DNA from: a virus
Lineage: Duplodnaviria; Caudoviricetes
DNA length: 64,000 nt
IMG/VR virus record: IMGVR_UViG_3300017707_000735
Coordinates: 12,322 to 76,321 of that record
Reading direction: 5' to 3' (one strand)
Positions 18,949 through 27,100 of this stretch are shown in pieces (the first letter of the stretch is position 1; every line of letters begins with the position of its first letter). The position numbers were made by a program, and so were the translations under genes. Under the pieces are notes generated by a model. The model did not search any database. It saw only the letters and a list, made by a program, of their open reading frames with translations, and was not told where the DNA came from.

Positions 18949-21353
18949 TGTATAATAAGCGCTCCTTATCTAAAGATACTAAAGCTTCTAAAGCTCCTAA
19001 GTCTATATCTAAACCTAGATATATTATTACAGATCCTATGGGTCAGTGGAAACACCCGGGTAAGAACACTAGAATACCAAGTAGTGATATTACGATGAAA
19101 GGTGTTCCTTATCCCGTGTTAGGAGTAGGCTCTAACGGTCAGAAACAAATGATGTATCCTGGACAAGAGTATACATTCCCTGGAGCTGATTATGTAGATG
19201 AGTATCCGCAGATGCGTAAGGGAGGTGGTCTAAAGTCTAAGAAGTATTCAAGAGACTTAGAAGCTACTAACCAAGTATTCCATGAGTCACCTTTGTTTAA
19301 GAAGAAGAAGTCTAAGAAGAAGAAGATCTATAATCCAAAGGCTAAGTATTATCAAGATGGAGGTACACCATATAACTACAATCCGTTTGTATCTACTGAA
19401 CCAGAAGTTCCAGAACAACCACAACAGTTTACACCAATAAGAACTGAGAATGATCCGGAGGACTATGATCAATTCTTGAACTACTCACAGACAGCTCCAG
19501 AAAACAGAAGACCTACTGAAGGATATACTTATGGTGACCCTAATGATTATGACCACTATGGTATGTGGGATGCATTAGGAAAACCTAAAGATTTTAATCA
19601 GGCTCTTGAGATGAATCCAGACTGGACTCCAGATCCTTATGATGGCTCTTATCACGGCTTCAGTGTTAATCCTAACACAGGAGTATTTCTTAAATCAGGT
19701 AAACCTGGATTCAAACCTGGGGATACTACTTGGATGGAAGTAGCAGGACATTATATGAGTCCAAGAGCTGATATGGATACACCTGTCTATGATCCAGAGA
19801 TGGGTAGATTCAAATATGTTCCTAATGAGAACTATATAGAAACAGAACTTACACCAGAAGAAATACAGCAGTATAGAGATGGTGGGTACATAGTAGAAGA
19901 GTTAAATGACTATAAAGCAGGAGGCTCTTTACTTACTAAGAAAGTAACATGTAAAAAATGCGGTTGGGAGTGGGATGCTGCTGATGGTGGTGATGATGTT
20001 ACTACATGTCACAAGTGCGGTGGTCAAGGATTAGTGCATGCACAGAAAGGTGGTACAAAACCTAAGTCTGAATCTAAACCTGATTTAGGAAAACAAGTTT
20101 ATACCTATGAAGATAGACCAGAAGCCAAGTATAAGAAAGACTCAAAAGGCAACTGGCATATTATGTTACCATCTACACACGGTAAGTATGTTCCTATTAA
20201 AGATCCAGATAAGAAAAGATCAGGAGAACTTAATGAGAAAGCTAAACCTGTAAAACCACCACAGTGGCAACAGGATAAAAAGAAGTATGGGAAAGACAAG
20301 GTAGAATGGTATGAAAGTTACAATCCAAATGACTGGTTCCTGAATGACTATTCAAAGTATAGCTCATACAACTCTGCTTTTAGAAACGCTAGAGAATCCG
20401 GTGAAAAGGAATTCTTATACAAGGGTGAAAGATATAATACTAAACTAGTAGACAAGAAACATTCAGATAGATACTGGGATAGTAAGAAATTTGTAGAAGA
20501 GTATTACAAAAACCAACCTTTAACACCGGGTGATTTACTAGACTTAAAAGATGCTTACATACAAAAAAAGCATGGAACAAACTGGTATGACTATTATAAT
20601 AATGTAGTGATGAATGATCCTATAAATAAAGACTACAATAAATGGAATAAAACAAGATATGAGGAAATGCAAGATTCACTAGATATGTTAGACCCAAACA
20701 ATCTTCCTACTGATGATCCTGATTTCTTGAAGTTTGCTCAAAAAAATAAGTACAAGACTCAGTTAAATGCACTAAAGAAACCTACTTATTTTTCAATAAC
20801 AGACTATAAACCTTCTGATATGTCAGAAGATGGTTACTGGGATGCTATGAAAAATAAAATGTTCATGACTACAAAAGCAGATCCTGGTCAACTTAATACA
20901 ACCTTTGTACATGAGTTAAGTCATAAAGCTGATGATTATGATATTTATAGTAAAGTACCAGAACACAATACAAAAGAATGGCAAAAGACTTCTTGGGCAG
21001 AAGGATGGGATCAAGACAAATATGACTATGTATCAAATCCTAGTGAGATAGAAGCAAGAAAACTATCTACGCTTTATTGGTTTAAAGAACATGGATGGCC
21101 GTACCAACCAGGAAAAATTAGAGAAGAAGGTTTAGATAGATTATATGACGCAAAACTTAATGACAAGATCCCTTATGATATAGATCAGTTGTTGGATTTT
21201 TATGGTAATCAATATGATGATTTATTAAGATACCTTAATAGTGATTATACTGAAAAAAGAGAGTTAGGTGGAAGCATAGGAGATGAAGTAGATTTAACTC
21301 CAGAGCAAGAAGCACATTTAAGAAGACTAGGATACAAACTTGAAAGAATATAA
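18948..21353 (+). CDS. Modular putative virion/cargo protein with a Zn ribbon and a C-terminal zincin (HELSH)
   Basis: 801 aa. Modules separated by MRKGG, YQDGG, YKAGG, AQKGG and RELGG. CKKC..CHKC ribbon. FVHELSH (20910-20924) plus a distal EIEAR. Confidence 0.75.
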   Translation: MYNKRSLSKDTKASKAPKSISKPRYIITDPMGQWKHPGKNTRIPSSDITMKGVPYPVLGVGSNGQKQMMYPGQEYTFPGADYVDEYPQMRKGGGLKSKKYSRDLEATNQVFHESPLFKKKKSKKKKIYNPKAKYYQDGGTPYNYNPFVSTEPEVPEQPQQFTPIRTENDPEDYDQFLNYSQTAPENRRPTEGYTYGDPNDYDHYGMWDALGKPKDFNQALEMNPDWTPDPYDGSYHGFSVNPNTGVFLKSGKPGFKPGDTTWMEVAGHYMSPRADMDTPVYDPEMGRFKYVPNENYIETELTPEEIQQYRDGGYIVEELNDYKAGGSLLTKKVTCKKCGWEWDAADGGDDVTTCHKCGGQGLVHAQKGGTKPKSESKPDLGKQVYTYEDRPEAKYKKDSKGNWHIMLPSTHGKYVPIKDPDKKRSGELNEKAKPVKPPQWQQDKKKYGKDKVEWYESYNPNDWFLNDYSKYSSYNSAFRNARESGEKEFLYKGERYNTKLVDKKHSDRYWDSKKFVEEYYKNQPLTPGDLLDLKDAYIQKKHGTNWYDYYNNVVMNDPINKDYNKWNKTRYEEMQDSLDMLDPNNLPTDDPDFLKFAQKNKYKTQLNALKKPTYFSITDYKPSDMSEDGYWDAMKNKMFMTTKADPGQLNTTFVHELSHKADDYDIYSKVPEHNTKEWQKTSWAEGWDQDKYDYVSNPSEIEARKLSTLYWFKEHGWPYQPGKIREEGLDRLYDAKLNDKIPYDIDQLLDFYGNQYDDLLRYLNSDYTEKRELGGSIGDEVDLTPEQEAHLRRLGYKLERI
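20100..20252 (+). repeat. 51-codon module, copy 1 (paralogous to 22486-22638)
   Basis: YTYEDRPEAKYKKDSKGNWHIMLPSTHGKYVPIKDPDKKRSGELNEKAKPV. Confidence 0.95.
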
Positions 21354-21354
21354 A

Positions 21355-24156
21355 ATGGCAAAGTTCAAGATAACAGGATTACCTAAAGCACAAATAGGTG
21401 GTAAGACAGCTACCAGTTTATTGTTTTCACCATATGAACAAGGGATGTTTAGCAATAGCTTGCATTCAATTGGTGGTGCAGATCCTTCATTTATTTTAGG
21501 TGCTGAAAGATCTAACCTGTTTCCAATATGGGGACACAACAATGGTGTGCGTTCATCTTTATCAGGACAAGTACAGATTCCTTATGCTATGAATCAGATA
21601 CCTGGAGTTAAAGGAAGATGGACAAGTGAGTATTCACCAAATGCCGGAAAGTCTCCTGTTCAATTTACAACCACAGGACAGCTTGAAGGTGGATACAACC
21701 CAGATCAAGGATTTAATGCAAGTATAATGGGATGGCCTCATGTATGGGGATCTACTGTAGATGTATCAAGATGGAGAAATCCTGAAAAATATTATGCAGG
21801 TGCTGTCCGTGCAGGTATTGGTCCTCAGCTTGGTGGATCTTATATGTCAGGAATGATGAACTCATCAGGACCAAATTATATTAGCGGTACAGATCAAATG
21901 AATACTAATAAAGGAAGTGTTCATATTGGTGGTAGAGGTTATGTTGAGTATACGCCTACTGACTGGTTAAAATTAAGACTTGATGCACAGGGAATGTTTG
22001 ACCCTCTTACAAAAAAAGTAGCAGAGGGAACTGACGCAGGAAATGCAGCTGAAACAGAAAATGTTAATCTAAAGTTTTCTCCAGGAGTACAACTTACAGC
22101 TACAGTTCCTATTAAAGCTTTAGCAAGTAATAAGAAGAAAGCTTCAGAAGAGAAGGTTAAAATGGATGCTGTTAAAGCTGATGATAAAAATATCATGGTT
22201 GAAGCACCTGTTATGACAGGACCTGGAATAGATTGGGAGTACAGACAAAAACAACAAAGTACTGGAGTACCAGTAGGACACTTGCCAGGATATGAACCTG
22301 AAACAGGAAGACAACTCACTGAAGCAGAATTAATGCAAAGATACGGTCAAGGACCACGTTTAACAAAAGGTGGAACAGCTAATGATATCTATCTTGATCT
22401 TGATGATGATGAAATAGAACAGTACAGAAACGCAGGTTACATAGTAGAGGATTTACCAGAAGCACAGAAGGGTGGTGAACAGACATATACCTATGCTGAC
22501 AGACCTGAAGCTACTTATAAAAAAGATGCTAAGGGTAATTGGTTAATCAGTCTTCCATCAACTGATGGAAAGTATGTACCTATCAAAGATCCATCAGGTA
22601 AGCGTGCAGGAGAGTTAAATGAAAAAGCTAAGCCTGTTGAGAAGCCTACTCTTATGACAAAGGCATACAGCTCTGTAAAAGACTTCAACCGTTTGCCAGA
22701 AGCAGACAAAAAAGCTAGAGCATCTATGTATGCATTTAATGAAAAAATGCGAAACTCCGGAATGTATTATGGGGCTAATGGATGGCAAAGACCTATGGCA
22801 AGTGGAGCTGCTCAATCTGCTGACTGGTTCTGGACACTTCCGATAGCATTACCTGCTATAACACAAACACTAGGAGGTATCGGAGCTATGTCATTACCCG
22901 GTATGGCGTCTATACCTGGAGCAACTGTAGGTAACCTTGTTAATTCTGGGTTTATTGCTAGTAGCTTAATGGGTGCTCCTGGAAATGTTATGGATTGGTA
23001 TAATGTAATACAAGGTAAAAAAGATTGGAAGGATGCGGCAATGGATAGTGCAGATATAGCATTAGGGTTTATTGGTTCTGGTTCTGGATGGAAATCACTA
23101 ATACAAGATGCAAAAACATTGAAAGCCCCATCTAAAATAGTAAGCAAAACTCGTAGCACTGTGGGTAATGTAATAAAGCCAGGTGTATTATCAGCAAAAC
23201 CAAATCAGTACTCAATTGCAGGTCAACGTGGTGCTGCAGGTAAAACTGGGTTAGATGCATCTCATGTAGAAGACGTAAGAAAAAAAGCTATTGCTAGATT
23301 ACAGTCAGATGACTATCTAAAAAAGAGAATGGCTAATACTGGAGAAACTGAAGAACAGGTTAGAGCGGATGTGAAAAAAATAATTTCTGAAGCTGAGGAT
23401 GCAAAGTATAATTTGAATGCATATATTAGCACAGAAGGAGTGCAGACACCAAAAGGATTGCAAAACTTATGGAGATATCCTACAGTAGATATATCAAAAA
23501 ATGCAGAGAATCCTATAACTACTTTGATTCATGAGAATAATCACTTGTATTCTCCTGCTGGTTACTCACAACATCTAGGACGTATGGTTCAGGGTCGAGG
23601 TAATCCAAATATTGCTTCAATCCCTTTTGGTAAAAAGAGAGGTGTTTATGCTAATTATCCTCAACTAGGTGTAACGGATGACATTGGTGAGTATGAAGCA
23701 AGAGAATGGGAACAACAAGTTAGACACTTGAACGCAAGAGATCAAATTATTTCAGCAAATAATCTAGCAGAAGATGCTAAAGTAACACCAGAAATGGTAG
23801 AGAAGTTTGCAGGTGATTGGTTTAAACGTATGAAGACTGAAGGTGCTGTTGGAGAAGATTATGATCTTATTTGGAATTCTGAACTAAGGAACGTAAGAGA
23901 AACTTTGGCTAAAGAAAAAGGTTATGCAAATACTGCAGAACTTGAGAAAAATTTAACAGAAGCTGATAAAGCAGCATTCCTAGCAGAGGTTAGAAAGAGA
24001 TTTTCAGAAAAAGTTGCTGGTGTATTAAACAATGCATGGATGGGTGTTCCTGCTGTAATAGGTGCCGGTGCATTAGGTGCAGGAGCTACAGACGGTGAGT
24101 TTAAAAAAGGTGGTTTCCCAAAGAATATAGGTAAACTTAAAAAGTTTATCAGATAA
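21355..24156 (+). CDS. Modular putative virion/cargo protein with a beta-rich N-terminal domain and a zincin (HENNH)
   Basis: ATG 21355 preferred over TTG 21340. Contains AQIGG, LTKGG, AQKGG and FKKGG motifs, LIHENNH (23530-23544) and a C-terminal GAGALGAGA segment. Confidence 0.75.
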   Translation: MAKFKITGLPKAQIGGKTATSLLFSPYEQGMFSNSLHSIGGADPSFILGAERSNLFPIWGHNNGVRSSLSGQVQIPYAMNQIPGVKGRWTSEYSPNAGKSPVQFTTTGQLEGGYNPDQGFNASIMGWPHVWGSTVDVSRWRNPEKYYAGAVRAGIGPQLGGSYMSGMMNSSGPNYISGTDQMNTNKGSVHIGGRGYVEYTPTDWLKLRLDAQGMFDPLTKKVAEGTDAGNAAETENVNLKFSPGVQLTATVPIKALASNKKKASEEKVKMDAVKADDKNIMVEAPVMTGPGIDWEYRQKQQSTGVPVGHLPGYEPETGRQLTEAELMQRYGQGPRLTKGGTANDIYLDLDDDEIEQYRNAGYIVEDLPEAQKGGEQTYTYADRPEATYKKDAKGNWLISLPSTDGKYVPIKDPSGKRAGELNEKAKPVEKPTLMTKAYSSVKDFNRLPEADKKARASMYAFNEKMRNSGMYYGANGWQRPMASGAAQSADWFWTLPIALPAITQTLGGIGAMSLPGMASIPGATVGNLVNSGFIASSLMGAPGNVMDWYNVIQGKKDWKDAAMDSADIALGFIGSGSGWKSLIQDAKTLKAPSKIVSKTRSTVGNVIKPGVLSAKPNQYSIAGQRGAAGKTGLDASHVEDVRKKAIARLQSDDYLKKRMANTGETEEQVRADVKKIISEAEDAKYNLNAYISTEGVQTPKGLQNLWRYPTVDISKNAENPITTLIHENNHLYSPAGYSQHLGRMVQGRGNPNIASIPFGKKRGVYANYPQLGVTDDIGEYEAREWEQQVRHLNARDQIISANNLAEDAKVTPEMVEKFAGDWFKRMKTEGAVGEDYDLIWNSELRNVRETLAKEKGYANTAELEKNLTEADKAAFLAEVRKRFSEKVAGVLNNAWMGVPAVIGAGALGAGATDGEFKKGGFPKNIGKLKKFIR
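22486..22638 (+). repeat. 51-codon module, copy 2 (paralogous to 20100-20252)
   Basis: YTYADRPEATYKKDAKGNWLISLPSTDGKYVPIKDPSGKRAGELNEKAKPV. Confidence 0.95.
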
Positions 24157-24176
24157 ATTTAAAATAAGTATATTTA
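24145..24176 (+). promoter_or_regulatory. Putative promoter TTTA-N20-TATATTTA
   Basis: TTTA 24145-24148, 20-nt spacer, TATATTTA 24169-24176, upstream of ATG 24194. Confidence 0.5.
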
Positions 24177-24193
24177 GTATATAGCATGCTATT

Positions 24194-27100
24194 ATGAAAA
24201 GAAAAGTAAGAGTTTACAAAGCAGAAGACGGACAAGGTCAATACCATAACCAAATGTCCCAGTTCTTAAAAAGAGCTCAGATGGGTATGGAACAACAAGC
24301 TCAACAGCCAGACATGCAACAAATTGTAATGCAAGTTGCTGGAATGCTAATGCCACCACCAGATGGTCAGGGAGCAGATGCAGAACAAGTGTATCAGTCT
24401 TTGATTCAATCATATGGTGAAGCGGCAGCAACTCAGATTATTAATGTTGCTGTAGGTATGGTACAACAATCTTCAGGTTCTGAACAAGCTGCCGGTCAAG
24501 AGATGGCACAAGAAGAAGAGGAGTCTGTAGATGATCTTACTATGCAAGAAGAACTTATTAGAGAAGAGCGGGAACGTCAGCAAGAACAAAGAGATGCTGA
24601 GTACATGGCTGAAGATGACGAGTTCATGTATGATTTGTTGTATGGTGATGAAGAAGCTCAACAAGAAGAACAGCCTGAAGCTAAACATGGTGGTGCTCAT
24701 CATAAAAAGTTTGTAAAGAAAGCAATGAAACTTGCTAGAAAACAAATGGGTGATGCCGGCAACGGTCAAGGTAAAAACAAAGCAGACATTTTTGATGGGG
24801 CTATGAAGAGATCAGAAGACTTCACCAACAATCTTAAAAATGAAGCTACCTTATCTTTATTAGAAAAGCAGTTTAAGAATATGTCACAAGCTGCACCTCA
24901 AATGAATGCAGGACAGCAGTTTGCATATGGAGGATCACAGTTCGGTGGGATGACTGGATATGGTCTAGATAGATTTGTATATGGTGGTTATGATCCGTCT
25001 GTACCCGATTTAACAGAGGCCATGTATGGTTATCAAACCGGTGGTATGATTGCTATCAATGATAAAGATGGTAACAGAAGATATGTGACTCAAGAAGAAG
25101 CTGACAACTGGAACAATGCTATTAAAGATGATCCTGATATGTTATTGTCAGACTTATCATTCAAGAGTGAAAGTCCTATGAATGATCCTAACTATAAAAT
25201 GTGGAGTGATCTTAAGGACAAAGGTGTAAATGTAGGTGATTACCGTCAGGGAATAAACTATAAGCAGTTTGCTAACTCTGGAAATAAAAACACAAACTAT
25301 AATTATGTTGAGAAACCATACTCAACAGATAATATCTGGGATGCTCTTATTCCTAATAATAGAATCTTTGGTAAGAAGTATACTATGTATGGTCCTATGA
25401 ATCATTTAGGACTACCTTTTACAGGGCCATTCAATCCAATGAGTATGATGAATGGGTTTGATGTAGATAAACAAAGATTAGGTTTTGGTCATAAGCGTTA
25501 TACATTTACACCAAAAGGTGCATCATCCGCTAGCGGTACCGGAATGGGTACAGGAGCAGGTAGTGGTGCAGGTTTTGTTCCAGGTCCTGGGCAAGCAGTA
25601 GATGCTATGGGCAAACCAGTTACATCTCAGAAACAACTTGAGATGTCATACTTAAATCCAGCATACTTACGTCAGTCAGGTAAAGAGTTAAAAGATCTTA
25701 ACTTACATCCTTATAGCAAACAAGAAATGAGAAATGCTAGACAGGACTTAAGACAGTATGACAGAGCTGGCAGAAAAATGGATAGGAAAAGTGATTGGGC
25801 TCAAGATAAATTTGGAAATAATGGTCAAAAACAAAAGGGTGACTTTTGGCCAAGATTAGCTGGATTCTTAAGAACAGCAGAGAAAGCTAGAGATGGTTTA
25901 CAAACTTTCCAAGGTAACGTGAATGGATCTTCTGTAAATAATCAAGAGACTCCTATTGAATTTAAACCTAGAACAGCAAAAGAAGTTTGGGATAAATATG
26001 AGCCAGAACTTAGAAAACAATGGGGTAGTAAGATTGGTCAAGAATCAGAATTAGAAAAAGGTACACCAAGTTTTCGAGTTGATGAGGAAAACTATTTCAA
26101 TGGGGAGAACTTTTTGAATATGGCTAACCCTATGCTTAAAGGTTTGACTAACCTGTTTAACAGAGGTGAAAAGAAAAACTTCTTTGGTTATCAAAACAAT
26201 ACTTCAGATGATCTAGCTGATGTAAATGAGCAAAGATTTCATGGTAACTACAATCCTTTGTCAGGTGATTTTAGAGAAGATTTACAAGGTCAGAATTGGC
26301 AAAGTAAATATGGTGGTGTACCTCATATGAAAATGGGTGGACCTAAAGGTAGAACTGGGCAACAGGTAGATTACTCATTAGGTATTTTCCCTACAGCTAT
26401 GGGAGGCTCAGACATCAACCAGTATATTGGAAAAAAAAAGCCAGAGATATCAAGTACACTAAAACCCGTACCAAGAGATAAAGCAAATCTAGAAGCTGAG
26501 AAAGGTGAAACTGCATACGGAGATCTTAATGGAGATGGATTCCCAGAACACTATGAGATTGGCGGCAAGCGTCACTACCAAGGTGGTACACCATTAGATC
26601 TTCCAGATGATACATTTATCTTTAGTGACACTAGATCTATGAGAATTAGCGACCCTAAGATTCTTAAGATGTTTGGTAAGTCACCTAAGAAAGGTGGTTA
26701 TACACCTGCAGAACTTGCTAAGCAATATGATATCAATGCATACCGTAAGATTCTTGATGATCCAGATTCAGATGTAGTAGATAGAAAGACTGCAGAGCAA
26801 ATGATTAAGAACTTCAACATTAAACTTGGAGCTCTGGCACTTGCACAGGAATCTAAGAAAGGTTTCCCTCAAGGTATTCCAGTTGTGGCAAAACCATATA
26901 TGGAGACTATGGGAATCAGTGAAGAAGATATCTTACCTAAAGAAGAAGAAGCACAACAAATGGCTCAACAAATGATGGGTCAACAAGGAATGCCTCAAGG
27001 TGAACAACAAGCTATGATACCGGAAGAGCAAATGGCAATGGCTTCACAAGAAGGTATGATGGCTAGCCCAGAAGAAATGGGAATGAGTCCTGAAGGTATG

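Noticed and set aside
20100-22638. Duplicated 153-nt module as a diversity-generating retroelement TR/VR pair
   Set aside because: Differences include C/T synonymous changes (GAT/GAC, GCC/GCT, GGC/GGT), are not adenine-specific, and no reverse transcriptase is present in the window.
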